From a bacterium (GTDB lineage Bacteria > Oederibacteriota > JAAXVQ01 > JAUVAV01), in the NCBI GenBank assembly GCA_021108215.1, contig JAIORK010000050.1, positions 10,498 to 74,497 of the forward strand: a stretch of DNA of 64,000 nucleotides. The letters are read 5' to 3'. This document shows positions 1 through 9,981 of this stretch, piece after piece (position 1 is the first letter of the stretch; each line of letters begins with the position of its first letter). The notes below the pieces were generated by a model. It saw only the letters and a program-made list of their open reading frames with translations, was not told the DNA's origin and did no database searches. The position numbers and the translations under genes are program-made.

Positions 1-1178
1 ACATTGACCATAAACATCGGAATCAGCATGGGAACAATGAAACGGAACTGAGTGAACACCCAGGAAGCAGCCATTCCGTACATAAAAACCGCCCCCAGCA
101 ATACAACGAAGCCCTTGATCGGTTTCATGCGGACGCAAATCAGGGACAACACCAATGCCATTAAATAATACAGAATAGTTGCCGCCCAACCGGGAATCAC
201 AGAAAAATAGTCCTCTTCCATAATGGTATTGAGTGCATTGGCATGAATTTCCACACCCGGCGTAGATGAGATTACACCCTTTTGATTTTCTTCCACATAA
301 TGAAAAAACGGAGTGGCATGATCATCCTGAGCTTCTGTAAACAAAGGACCAATCAAAATGATTTTATCCTTAAAAACCCCGGCATCCATAAGACCCTGAA
401 AAATATCATCATCAACAATATTATCAAACGAGATGGTACGGAAGTGTCCGCGCGCGCCCCTGAAATTGATCCGCATATTGGCATTGCGCTCCACGTTAAT
501 TTTCATGGGACCGTAATTAAGAATCCTTTTCGTCAACGTCACCATCGGCTTTTTTATTTTATAGTATCGGGATAATATTTTAAGCGTGAATGACTGGTAT
601 AATTTCCCCTGATGTTTCCTGACCAGCGCCGCATGCCGGACAATCCCATCTTTATCCGCCCAGTAATTGACATACCCGACATGGGTCTTGCCCGGATCAA
701 TATTCGGGATCGGCGCAACATACGACGTTTCCAGACCTGCAGTGGTTTTTTTTGCATAAAATTTACTTCCCAGCACAATCCAGGCACGGGAACGGACAAT
801 CGCATCCCCAAGAATTTTATCCTGCTTGCGTTTTTCTTCATCACTGGGTTCGGAAAAAATTAAGTCAAAGGCCACCACCCTCGCACCGGCTTTGGATAAA
901 TTATCAATCGCTTTGGCGTAAATAGAACGCGGCCAGGGCCAACGCACTTTCAAGGAGCTCAGCGTCTGATCATCAATCGCCACAATCACAATTTTATCTT
1001 CCGGCCCCGGAGCAACCGTATCCATCATCTTGTATCTAAAATCGAGCATCTTGTTTTCATAGACTTCCGCAAAATCCAAATAATCCAATACGGAAAATAA
1101 TGTTGCCACCAAAAGCGCAATAAAAACAGCCATCTTGGTCTTGCTGACCTTTGCCAGATACTCTCGAATATTCAGCAT
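1..1178 (-). CDS. CHASE2-domain membrane sensor (likely adenylate/guanylate cyclase or similar), 3' part runs off window
   Basis: Not in ORF track; manual translation from ATG at 1178: MLNIREYLAK...TM...IVIVAIDDQTL..RWPWPRSIYAKAIDNLSKAGARVVAFDLIFSEP...TPGVEIHANALNTI followed by TM helices; classic CHASE2 motifs. Overlaps mtaB stop. Confidence 0.88.
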   Translation of the reverse strand, partial: MLNIREYLAKVSKTKMAVFIALLVATLFSVLDYLDFAEVYENKMLDFRYKMMDTVAPGPEDKIVIVAIDDQTLSSLKVRWPWPRSIYAKAIDNLSKAGARVVAFDLIFSEPSDEEKRKQDKILGDAIVRSRAWIVLGSKFYAKKTTAGLETSYVAPIPNIDPGKTHVGYVNYWADKDGIVRHAALVRKHQGKLYQSFTLKILSRYYKIKKPMVTLTKRILNYGPMKINVERNANMRINFRGARGHFRTISFDNIVDDDIFQGLMDAGVFKDKIILIGPLFTEAQDDHATPFFHYVEENQKGVISSTPGVEIHANALNTIMEEDYFSVIPGWAATILYYLMALVLSLICVRMKPIKGFVVLLGAVFMYGMAASWVFTQFRFIVPMLIPMFMVN

Positions 1179-2473
1179 GCTTCCCCCCTGGAAACGTGAT
1201 ATTCCTGCCCGTCAAATCCTGTAATACAGCCTGCGGCCAAAAGGCCAGCCTGTCCCGGCAGCTTCATCTGGGCGCGGTCATAGGTCTCGGTCGTGCCCAC
1301 CCAAACTCCGGGTTCTTTTTCCTGTTCCAGCAAAACCTTGACCGCAGATCCGATACGGCCGGTGCAATAGTCCGCATGTAGTTGTTTCCCGATTTCGCGC
1401 AGTTCCCCGGCCCGGTCGGTAATCTCACGCTGCAAAATTTTATCCGGCAAAGCCGCAGCGCTGGTCCCCGGGCGGGCGGAAAACGGAAAAACATGTAATC
1501 TTACCATGTTACATTGTTTTATCAACTCACAAGTATTCTCAAACGCTTCCCGGCTCTCACCGGGAAAACCCACAATCACATCCCCGGTGAAAACATAGTC
1601 AGGCCGGGAACAACGCAGAGTTTCTATACAATGATGAAAATATTCCGCCGTATACGTTCTTCCCATGGCTTGCAAAATAACATTGTCCCCGCTTTGCAAT
1701 GGCAGGTGGAGATGCGGGCAGAGTTTTTCATCTGCATTGATTAGAACGTGGATCAAGTCGTCATTAAGGTGCTGGGGTTCAATCGAAGAGAGCCGGATTC
1801 TGAAATCACCCGGCACTGCCAATAATTCAGGAATCAAGTGTGCCAGTCCAGGCTGCCAGCAACCGATATTCACGCCTGTAATGACGATTTCCTGAAATCC
1901 TTTCTCTACCAACCGGCGCATCTCCGTCAGAATATCCGCCAGCGGCCGGGAAATGGGTTTGCCCCGCGCCAGCCGGACACGGCAAAAAGTACAAATCCCA
2001 TCACAGCCATCTTCTATTTTAATCATGGCCCGGGACTTATTCTGATGAATTTCATCAGATGCTTGCATGAAAAAACCCTTATCAGCACCCTTGGACTCGC
2101 AAACAACTGCCGACTGATGAAGCGCCGCCTCAATCAGCTCACCGGCTTGATCGCGCTTGGCCTGGTCAATGACTGCAATCACGCCCGGCAAAGCGCGTAG
2201 TGTCTCCTTTTCCATTTCCGCCAAACAACCACTGACCGCCACCAGCGTCTGAGGATTTTCTTTTTGCGCCTGCAGGATAAATCGGCGGGAATCACGGTCC
2301 GCCCGCTGCGTCACCGTGCAGGTATGGACCAATACCAAATCAGGTGGTTGCCCGTCTTTACCGGGCTGCCAACCGCGGGCCTCCAGCTGGGCTGCCAGCA
2401 TCGCGGCCTCAACCTGATTGACCTTACAGCCCACAACTTTGACGCTGAATGTATGCTTTTTATTCCGGATCAT
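1172..2473 (-). CDS. mtaB: tRNA N6-threonylcarbamoyladenosine methylthiotransferase (radical SAM)
   Basis: GCKVNQ N-terminal motif, HTCTVT..ADR, IKIEDGCDGICTFCR CxxxCxxC, DVIVGFPGE, HVFPFSARPGT; start placed at ATG 2473 (track extends to 2488). Confidence 0.9.
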   Translation of the reverse strand: MIRNKKHTFSVKVVGCKVNQVEAAMLAAQLEARGWQPGKDGQPPDLVLVHTCTVTQRADRDSRRFILQAQKENPQTLVAVSGCLAEMEKETLRALPGVIAVIDQAKRDQAGELIEAALHQSAVVCESKGADKGFFMQASDEIHQNKSRAMIKIEDGCDGICTFCRVRLARGKPISRPLADILTEMRRLVEKGFQEIVITGVNIGCWQPGLAHLIPELLAVPGDFRIRLSSIEPQHLNDDLIHVLINADEKLCPHLHLPLQSGDNVILQAMGRTYTAEYFHHCIETLRCSRPDYVFTGDVIVGFPGESREAFENTCELIKQCNMVRLHVFPFSARPGTSAAALPDKILQREITDRAGELREIGKQLHADYCTGRIGSAVKVLLEQEKEPGVWVGTTETYDRAQMKLPGQAGLLAAGCITGFDGQEYHVSRGEAC

Positions 2474-2592
2474 GCCACCATTATGCAAGAAAACCGTTAT
2501 TGTTCAAATAAAAATAAGAATAAAAATCCATCCACGAATTTACACGAATAGTCACGAATCCAAATCAAATGGGGTATAGCAAAAATCAAAAA

Positions 2593-2728
2593 TACTACGG
2601 GACGTATTTACTACGGGACGTATTTGAATTAAGGAATTAAGAACCATCCACCCTATTTCCCTATTTCAAATACGTCCCCTTATACGTCCCTTATATAGTC
2701 GTAGGGAACGGTCGCGACCGTTCCCTAC
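2593..2728. repeat. Palindrome cluster: GGGACGTATTTGAA...TTCAAATACGTCCC inverted repeat with duplicated ends plus GTAG-type REP hairpin
   Basis: 16-bp tandem TACTACGGGACGTATT x2 (2593-2624), inverted copy 2665-2678, hairpin GTAGGGAACGGTCGCGACCGTTCCCTAC 2701-2728. Confidence 0.85.
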
Positions 2729-2778
2729 TGTAGTTCATTGTCTCGTCTGATTCGCGGATAGAGCAAAATTATTTAACC

Positions 2779-3066
2779 CTACCGTGATACTTTCAGTCTG
2801 AACCCCAGGGAATGCAGGATGGTGATGATGTTCATGAGTCCGGGATTGCCTTTACCGGATGTCATTTTGTACAAACTAACCCGGTTGATGTCTGTCTTTT
2901 TAGCAATTTTTGACATGCCGCCTTGGGCTTCGGCTACATTGCGTATAGCCATAAGAAAAGCATTTTTTTCTCCAGCTTCCATCGCGGCATTAAGGTAAGC
3001 GATTGCCTCACGTGTATCTTTCAGGTCATGAATAAGGTCTTTCTGGTAGCTTCTGGACGCTTTCAT
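2779..3066 (-). CDS. Addiction-module antidote protein (HTH antitoxin)
   Basis: AIAYLNAAME...AIRNVAEAQGGMSKIAKKTDINRVSLYK..SGKGNP; ATGA overlap with toxin stop, AGGAG RBS. Confidence 0.9.
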   Translation of the reverse strand: MKASRSYQKDLIHDLKDTREAIAYLNAAMEAGEKNAFLMAIRNVAEAQGGMSKIAKKTDINRVSLYKMTSGKGNPGLMNIITILHSLGFRLKVSR

Positions 3067-3395
3067 AATTTTATTCTCCTTAAATAATCCTGCCAATATT
3101 GCTTTGCTTTTCGGATATCCTGTTTTTGGGTATTTTTTATACCACCGTATAACAAAAGAACTATTTTGCGCCCTTGTTCTCCATAGTATATCCGATATCC
3201 AGGTCCATAATGAATCCGCAGTTCCTGAATACCCTCTCCAAGAAAACGGTGATCGCCTGAATTTCCCAATCGTAAACGGTCCAATCGTGCCCGGACTTGT
3301 GCGCGTACTTTTTCATCATGCAACGAGAGCAACCATTTACGAAACGGACACTTCCCTTCACTTGTTTCAAATTGGAGAATAACCCGAATACTCAA
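3063..3395 (-). CDS. Type II toxin, RelE/ParE (HigB-like addiction module killer protein)
   Basis: PFRKWL..L.D...RLDRLRLGNSGD....GEGIQELRIHYGPGYRIYY..LLLYGGIKNTQKQDI..AK.YW; toxin upstream of antitoxin. Confidence 0.92.
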   Translation of the reverse strand: MSIRVILQFETSEGKCPFRKWLLSLHDEKVRAQVRARLDRLRLGNSGDHRFLGEGIQELRIHYGPGYRIYYGEQGRKIVLLLYGGIKNTQKQDIRKAKQYWQDYLRRIKL

Positions 3396-3409
3396 TCCGC
3401 CACCCCTTA

Positions 3410-3438
3410 AGTGTAGCCCGTAGTTAACACTTTGTCAA
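3410..3438 (-). promoter_or_regulatory. Sigma70-type promoter of TA operon overlapped by imperfect palindrome (putative autorepression operator)
   Basis: TTGACA-17bp-TACACT on minus strand; GTGTAGCCCGTAGTTAACAC imperfect inverted repeat spans spacer and -10. Confidence 0.7.
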
Positions 3439-3755
3439 TGCCCGGCATACAAGGTGAGACTGATTTTTTTATGTTTTCTTGCATATTATTTTTTTTTTAT
3501 TTTCATACAAGTGGAAAAAGAGTAATTCCAGGCATGGTTTCGTACAATCAGGGAATCAAAGAAACAGCGTTTGGTTTCATCCTGTTATTTTGCTTTTCCT
3601 TGCGCTCTCCGCGCCTTGGCGCGAGGATGATTTTAATTTTACCCTAATATTTTTTATCTGCCGGTCCTACGAATCAAATATTTTAATATCAGAGAGTAGG
3701 GTGGAAGATGTAATTATTTATACTAATTGGTGTATGTGTTTACGCAGAATATTCA

Positions 3756-3783
3756 ATAGGGGCGACCGAATGGTCGCCCCTAT
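3756..3783. repeat. REP-like hairpin downstream of dapL
   Basis: ATAGGGGCGACC-GAAT-GGTCGCCCCTAT perfect 12-bp stem. Confidence 0.8.
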
Positions 3784-3814
3784 AATTAATCTCACAAGTC
3801 AACTTAAGACAAAT

Positions 3815-5053
3815 TTAAAATTCAAACTCTACTTCTGACAACCGTTTTTTAATTTCATCAATGACTTTTTTCTCATCCTCCGGTGTGGATGCATCAAAGG
3901 TGGCTGAAAACCGGACAAATGCACCGGCATCATCCCAGGGCACGGTTGAGATCAGTTTTTCACGTATCATAAATTGAGAAAACGCCTCTGCACTCGCAAA
4001 TGACTCGCCGCCTTTAATTCCCTTGGGAATCGGCATATATAAGTAGAAGGTTCCTTTCGGCTTTTCTGCCTTGAAGCCGACTGATTGCAAGGCTTCTGCC
4101 AACAGTCCTAAACGGCGGGAATACTTCTCTTTTGTTTTCTCTGTAATCTCCGGATGTTCCAGACAGTGAATACCAGCATATTGAATCGCCAAAAATTGCC
4201 CGGAATCATTGTTGTCTTTGACAGTTGCAAAAGCTTTCACAATTTTTTCGTTGCCGCATACAAACGCCAACCGCCAACCGGTCATATTGTAGGCTTTGGA
4301 TAGCGACTGAATGGCCACACCAACTTCTTTGGCACCGGAAACTGACAAAAAAGATAATGGCTTGACATCATCATAAACGAGTGCAGCATACGCTTCATCC
4401 GAGATAACGACCACACTGTTTTCTTTGGCAAACTTGATCACTTTTTCATAAAACGCAACAGTTGCCGCCCCACCGGTTGGATTATTGGGATAATTGATAT
4501 AAAACAGCTTGGCTTTTTGTTTCTGCTCTTTTGTCAGCGAATCCAAATCAGGCAAAAAATCATTTTCTTTGGTTAATGGCAAATTCACCACTTCACCGCC
4601 CAAACCTTTTGCCTGCGACCCAAGCACCGGGTATCCCGGCACGGTCATGATGGTAATGTCACCTGGATTGATAAAAGCGGACGGCATCAAGGCCAACGCC
4701 GGTTTGGAGCCAATGGCATGAACCACTTCGTTTACCGGGTCCAAATCCTCCACGCCAAAAACAGTCTTCATATATTTAGCAGCAGCATCTTTAAAATCCT
4801 GACAACCATTATCAGCATAACCGCGATTCCCGGGTTTCTTAGCATTTTCAAACAACGCGTCAACCACTTCCGGTTCAGCCATCCAATCCGGCTCACCCAC
4901 ACCCATATCAATCAATGCCACACCCGGATTCGCTTCCATGACAGCTTTTTTAGCACGTTTGATTTTTTCGAATTTATAGATAACCGTCGATTTCCCAAAC
5001 TGATTCCCACCGAGTCTTTCCGCGATCAATCCTTGAATATAAGTTTCCGACAT
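3815..5053 (-). CDS. dapL: LL-diaminopimelate aminotransferase
   Basis: Class I/II PLP aminotransferase: IDMGVGEPD, INYPNNPTG, DEAY, SLSKAYNMTGWRLAF; N-terminal AERLGG..FGK...YKFEKIKRAK typical of this DapL subfamily. Confidence 0.85.
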   Translation of the reverse strand: MSETYIQGLIAERLGGNQFGKSTVIYKFEKIKRAKKAVMEANPGVALIDMGVGEPDWMAEPEVVDALFENAKKPGNRGYADNGCQDFKDAAAKYMKTVFGVEDLDPVNEVVHAIGSKPALALMPSAFINPGDITIMTVPGYPVLGSQAKGLGGEVVNLPLTKENDFLPDLDSLTKEQKQKAKLFYINYPNNPTGGAATVAFYEKVIKFAKENSVVVISDEAYAALVYDDVKPLSFLSVSGAKEVGVAIQSLSKAYNMTGWRLAFVCGNEKIVKAFATVKDNNDSGQFLAIQYAGIHCLEHPEITEKTKEKYSRRLGLLAEALQSVGFKAEKPKGTFYLYMPIPKGIKGGESFASAEAFSQFMIREKLISTVPWDDAGAFVRFSATFDASTPEDEKKVIDEIKKRLSEVEFEF

Positions 5054-5257
5054 ATTTTCACTCCCTTAGAAATAAACTTCAGCACCCTTCCGCGACAATA
5101 ACAGGACTCCCTTGATTTCCAAAAAAATCACTGTTTTTTAGTAAGCTAAAATACAAGGAATTGCTCATCTCAGCAACCATTTTTTCTCGTCAATTCGGTA
5201 TAAAGTCTTTATTTTTTCTGCCGATGCTTGTCCTATCATTTATTATCGGAGGACAAT

Positions 5258-8200
5258 GTGAAAAAAATCCATTTTGTATATCGCATCCCAATTTGTCTTT
5301 TCAGCTTCTTTTTACTTTCTGTCACCCTTGGTCACGCCGCCACCTATACTGTCACTAACACCAATGATAGCGGCGGCGGTTCATTCAGACAGGCTGTGCT
5401 GGATGCCAACGCTAATGGAGGCCCGGATGTTATTACCTTTACCGGCGGCTTGGGAACCATTACGGTTTCTTCCTATATTCCTGTCAATGATACGGTATTA
5501 ATGAACGGCAATGGTACCCAGGTTGTTTCCGGCGGCACAACAACCAATTTGGTTTATTTTGCAGCGGGTAGTGACGGCAGTACGATTACCGGGATGGCGT
5601 TTATTCAATCTTTGGGTTACGGTCTCGGGATTTATTCTAGTTGTAATAAAGTCTACAACTGCCGGTTTGGAACAGACTGGAGCGATACTCCCGGCTTAGG
5701 TAATAACTTTGGTCTATCTGTTAGTGGCAGTCATTACAATGATATTGGCGGAACAACAGGTGGTGAAAAAAACGTCATGTCCGGTAATAACAATACCGGC
5801 TTAGGTGTAAATAATGCTATTGGTACTCGTATCCGCGGTAACCATATTGGAACGAACAGCGCCGGAACAGCCGCTCTGGCCAATCCAACCGGACTCCAGT
5901 TATACGGCAACACGATGATGACTATGGTTGGCGGCAACCGTTCTTCCGGTGAAGGTAATTTGATTGCCGGCAACAGCAGTTATGGAGTTTATTTTAATAA
6001 TACTGAAGTATTTGGGAATACTCTTGTTGGAAATACCATTGGTGTTCAATTAACTCAGGATGCCGAGATTCCTAATCAGGTAGGTATGATGCTATACAAA
6101 TCATCAGGAAATCACATTGGTCTTCCAACCTCAGGCTATGAAAACATTATTGCCGGAAGCAATTCCTATGGCCTCTGGCTTTGGGTCGGCAGCACTTCTA
6201 CAGATCCGCATCCAGCTTGGAATCGTATCCAGAACAACTATATTGGTATCTGCCCTGATACCGGTAATGTCTATCCTAATGTTAATGGTATCTTTCTAAA
6301 TTATGCCGACAGCAATTTAATTGGTGGTGATTATGCCGCCGGTGAAGGCAATGTGATTTCCGGTAATACCTATCACGGTATTTATATGCTGCAAGGCATG
6401 GGCAATACTATTTGCGGTAATTTTATTGGCACTAATTTATCAGGCGCTGCTGAAGCTCATAATTCCGGTTGCGGCATTCGTATTGCTGCCGGCCATGGTA
6501 ATTTAATCGGCGGTCAGAATATCGGAGGAGCTTTCCGTTATGGCAATCTCATCTCCGGTAATTATCAACATGGTATTTCTTTTGAACGGGAAATTGTCGG
6601 TGAGCAACAGCGGGAGAATAAAATTTACGGCAACTGGATTGGCTTAAATCTAACCGGCACCGCTACGATTCCCAATTCGCAAAGTGGTATCAATTTTTAT
6701 ATTAATGCCGGTGATAATTATATCGGTACCTCGAATAGTGATTACCGCAATGTTATCTCCGGTAATGGCTGGTACGGCTTTCGCTCGCACTATGGTTTTA
6801 ATAATAAGGTTTATGGCAACTATATCGGAACCGACATTAATGGAACTGCTTTTCTTCCCAATAGCAATGACGCCCTTTACTGGACGCACAGTTACCGTAA
6901 CCGTATCGGCGGCACCTCTGCCGGCGAAGGAAATATTATTTGCGGTTCCAGCACCAACGGCATTTATTTATCCGATAGTTTTGAAAATACAATTATTGCC
7001 AATTATATCGGCACCTTGGCAAACACAACTGTTACCACTCCAAATCTGACCAATGGTATTTATCTGACTGATTGGAGTCATACCAACTGGATCGGCCTGA
7101 AAGCATCCAATTTGGGCAATATGGTTGCCGGACCGGATAATGGTATTCAAATTGCCCATGACAATGCTGATAGTGTTATGCTCAGCACCAATACAATTTG
7201 TGCCTTCAGCACAGCGGGTATTACCTTGGCCGCCGGCGCCAATAACAACCAGTCGGTTCCTGCCATCACTTCTCACGATGACGATTGGCTCTACGGCACC
7301 TGTGTCAGTGGTGATGATGTGATTGAAGTATTTGTCGCCGGCCGGGGCGAAGGCAGTTCCGGCGGCAGTTTAACTTTTGTCGGACGAACCACTGCCATCA
7401 TCGAAACCTCATGGGGACTTAATGCCCCCGGTCGCTTTAGCACCAGTGGCGATATGTTTACCGCCATTGCAACCAATGGTATGAACAGTTCCGCCTTTGC
7501 CGCAAACTATATGATCCCCTATCCATCAACACCAACCTTTACCGTAACCACCACTCCCAGTATGACACCAACACCTACCATCACATCCACCATCACCCGG
7601 ACTGCCACACCTTCCACCACCATAACGTATACAAGCACCCCAAGCGCAACACCGACGACTACAATAACCAGCACCGCCAGCATGACACCGACTGCGACCA
7701 TAACATCTACAACAACGCCAACCGCCACCGTCACACCAACCAGTACCATCACAATCACCAACACGCCGGGTGACACTCCGACGTTCACTGCCACACCAAC
7801 AATCACGCCAAGCGCCACACCAAGCACAACAGCAACACCAACCCTGACCATAACCCTTACAGCAACTCCGGGTGACACCAGTACCTATACTGCCACCCCG
7901 AGCATAACAGTGACCGTCACGCCAACTGCCACCGCATCCATTACCCGAACCGGTTCCCCCACGCCTACGATCACACCGACGTCTACGGCATCACCTTTTG
8001 TGACCGCCACCCCCACTGCGTCCATTACCCTGACCGCCGTTGTGACCAATACATTTACCACCTCACCGGTTATCAACCCGCCACAAACAAATAAAACAAT
8101 CCCGGCTTTCCCCAACCCTGCAAAAGACACCGTGTTTTTTAGTGTGCCTGAGTTCACGTCCGGGCAATTAAAAATTATTGTTTATAATGTTAACAGCGAG

Positions 8201-8341
8201 CGGGTTTTCGAATTGTCCAGCACCAGCCCCACTGAAATCCTTTCGTGGGATTGCCGCGAAGCCGGTGTTGGTATTTACATTGGTCTTATCACGATTGATA
8301 ATAAAAAAATACGATCATTTAAAATCGCTGTATTAAAATAA
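5258..8341 (+). CDS. Large secreted parallel beta-helix protein with Thr/Pro linker and T9SS-like C-terminal domain
   Basis: GGAGG RBS + GTG at 5258; signal peptide ending HA-ATYTVTNTNDSGGGSFRQAV; repeated GN.ISGN / GNYIGT motifs; long TPTAT-type linker; C-terminal AFPNP...VYNVNSERV..SWDC...GVGIY...KIAVLK. Confidence 0.85.
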   Translation: MKKIHFVYRIPICLFSFFLLSVTLGHAATYTVTNTNDSGGGSFRQAVLDANANGGPDVITFTGGLGTITVSSYIPVNDTVLMNGNGTQVVSGGTTTNLVYFAAGSDGSTITGMAFIQSLGYGLGIYSSCNKVYNCRFGTDWSDTPGLGNNFGLSVSGSHYNDIGGTTGGEKNVMSGNNNTGLGVNNAIGTRIRGNHIGTNSAGTAALANPTGLQLYGNTMMTMVGGNRSSGEGNLIAGNSSYGVYFNNTEVFGNTLVGNTIGVQLTQDAEIPNQVGMMLYKSSGNHIGLPTSGYENIIAGSNSYGLWLWVGSTSTDPHPAWNRIQNNYIGICPDTGNVYPNVNGIFLNYADSNLIGGDYAAGEGNVISGNTYHGIYMLQGMGNTICGNFIGTNLSGAAEAHNSGCGIRIAAGHGNLIGGQNIGGAFRYGNLISGNYQHGISFEREIVGEQQRENKIYGNWIGLNLTGTATIPNSQSGINFYINAGDNYIGTSNSDYRNVISGNGWYGFRSHYGFNNKVYGNYIGTDINGTAFLPNSNDALYWTHSYRNRIGGTSAGEGNIICGSSTNGIYLSDSFENTIIANYIGTLANTTVTTPNLTNGIYLTDWSHTNWIGLKASNLGNMVAGPDNGIQIAHDNADSVMLSTNTICAFSTAGITLAAGANNNQSVPAITSHDDDWLYGTCVSGDDVIEVFVAGRGEGSSGGSLTFVGRTTAIIETSWGLNAPGRFSTSGDMFTAIATNGMNSSAFAANYMIPYPSTPTFTVTTTPSMTPTPTITSTITRTATPSTTITYTSTPSATPTTTITSTASMTPTATITSTTTPTATVTPTSTITITNTPGDTPTFTATPTITPSATPSTTATPTLTITLTATPGDTSTYTATPSITVTVTPTATASITRTGSPTPTITPTSTASPFVTATPTASITLTAVVTNTFTTSPVINPPQTNKTIPAFPNPAKDTVFFSVPEFTSGQLKIIVYNVNSERVFELSSTSPTEILSWDCREAGVGIYIGLITIDNKKIRSFKIAVLK

Positions 8342-8347
8342 ATTTCC

Positions 8348-8386
8348 CCAGGGCGGAAATTCTTCAGCATGGGATTTCCGCCCTGG
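8348..8386 (+). terminator. Stem-loop just after beta-helix gene
   Basis: CCAGGGCGGAAATTC...GGATTTCCGCCCTGG; no clear U tract. Confidence 0.55.
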
Positions 8387-8532
8387 CATATCACGCTTCA
8401 AACCACCCAAAATTCATTACAAAACACTGTCATCTGCGGATATCCTTCACATTAAAAGCATCCCGAATGATTCCCTTGCCTTTTCCACAGGGAACCTCTA
8501 TACTTTTTTTTATTTCATCAAGGAGACTCAAC

Positions 8533-9879
8533 ATGATTCAACCGATCACGCCCGAAGAACTGCAAAGCATCAACAAATACCGGCGTTCCAGTGCAAGTGC
8601 TTTTTTAACCATCATGTTCACATCCATTAAAAATTTCAGTCAAATCCGAAAACTTCAAGGAATTGAGTATATCAAGACCATCCTCGCTCTCCATGATACT
8701 CTCCTGGAAGATTCAATTGAAAAAGATGGCGCCGGTATGGTGGCCAAACGCATTGATGACTCCTATGTCGGTGTCTTTGCTTCTCCGGCGATTGCGATTG
8801 ATCGGGCCATGCAAATTCAGGCAAGTCTCAAAAAAATCAATGACGCGCATCCGGAGCTTGAAAATATCGAGATCATGATTGGTCTGGAGACCGGGCAAGT
8901 CACGGTTGGTGATGAAATCAATGTCGAAATTTTCAACTACCACCTTAAACGGTCCTATGCACTCCAAAACCTGGCTGACGGCAAACAAATTTTTCTTGGT
9001 TTTTCACCGGAAGATTGGTTTTTCGCACAGCAAAACAAGCAATTTGCCTGGAAAAGTCATGGGAAATATCACACCTCGGACCACACCTTGTTGATGGAAA
9101 TTTATGAAGTGGCTGACAAAGAAATTTGCAAAATAACACCCCCGAACAAAGGTAAGAAACTAAAAACCTTTCCCTGGATGGCCGCAGGCATCGGACTGCT
9201 GCTGCTGGCAATGCTGGCAGGCGGTTTTTTCTGGGTAGCCAACAAAACCGCTGTTTGGTTTGTCCATATGCCGGACACCAAAATATTTATTGACCAAAAA
9301 GACCAAATTATTCTGGACGGCACTTTGCAAAATACCGCCCGAAAATGCCTGCGTCCCATCACTCCGGGCAGGCATATCCTGCATTACGATATTCACTACC
9401 AGGTCAAATATTACGCTGAAATCGATATTGCCAAGGGAAAAAATTACATTGACCCGAAATTCAGTGAGACCCGGCTGCCTGATCTTTCCCGGCGTCTGGA
9501 TTTAAATGCCGATAATGACTATACGAATACAGTCACAGCGACCAAGCGTTTTCAATACATCACCTATACCAAGTCAAGTGAGAAAAAATCACATCAGGTC
9601 ATTATCGAATTAACCATCAAAGGGCACAAAGCCACAGAGAAGCCCGACCCGATCATCTTCGAGTTCCTCTCCTCAGTCACGCTGGACGGCAAGGTCGTTC
9701 ACGAGGCAACTCGGAGCATTCCCAGTTCTGCGAGCGAAAAAGAACCTATGCGGGTCAATATTCCAATTTATAATGATGAAGAACATTATTATTTTCTTAG
9801 CTATGGAATTAACCATCCATCAGCAGAGCTGACAATCGGCGCTGCTTATATTGAATACATGAAACCTGCCAAAGAATAA
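8533..9879 (+). CDS. Class III adenylate/guanylate cyclase-like domain (degenerate) + TM helix + extracytoplasmic domain
   Basis: AGGAG RBS; LTIMFTSIKNFS, KRIDDSYVGVF...AIDRAMQIQ, IMIGLETGQV, LQNLADGKQIFL follow cyclase fold order; TM MAAGIGLLLLAMLAGGFFWV. Confidence 0.75.
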   Translation: MIQPITPEELQSINKYRRSSASAFLTIMFTSIKNFSQIRKLQGIEYIKTILALHDTLLEDSIEKDGAGMVAKRIDDSYVGVFASPAIAIDRAMQIQASLKKINDAHPELENIEIMIGLETGQVTVGDEINVEIFNYHLKRSYALQNLADGKQIFLGFSPEDWFFAQQNKQFAWKSHGKYHTSDHTLLMEIYEVADKEICKITPPNKGKKLKTFPWMAAGIGLLLLAMLAGGFFWVANKTAVWFVHMPDTKIFIDQKDQIILDGTLQNTARKCLRPITPGRHILHYDIHYQVKYYAEIDIAKGKNYIDPKFSETRLPDLSRRLDLNADNDYTNTVTATKRFQYITYTKSSEKKSHQVIIELTIKGHKATEKPDPIIFEFLSSVTLDGKVVHEATRSIPSSASEKEPMRVNIPIYNDEEHYYFLSYGINHPSAELTIGAAYIEYMKPAKE

Positions 9880-9922
9880 TCTCATAGGACAAATTACGTT
9901 TGCCGTCAATAAAACATACCAA

Positions 9923-9958
9923 TAAAAAAGTCCCGGGCAAATGACCCGGGACTTTTTA
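9923..9958. terminator. Bidirectional rho-independent terminator
   Basis: AAAAAGTCCCGGG-loop-CCCGGGACTTTTT between convergent genes. Confidence 0.85.
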
Positions 9959-9981
9959 GTATGTAATGTTAAATAGCCGGT

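Noticed and set aside
7519-8157. Val/Gly-rich antisense ORFs
   Set aside because: Shadow frames of the Thr/Pro linker of the plus-strand gene.
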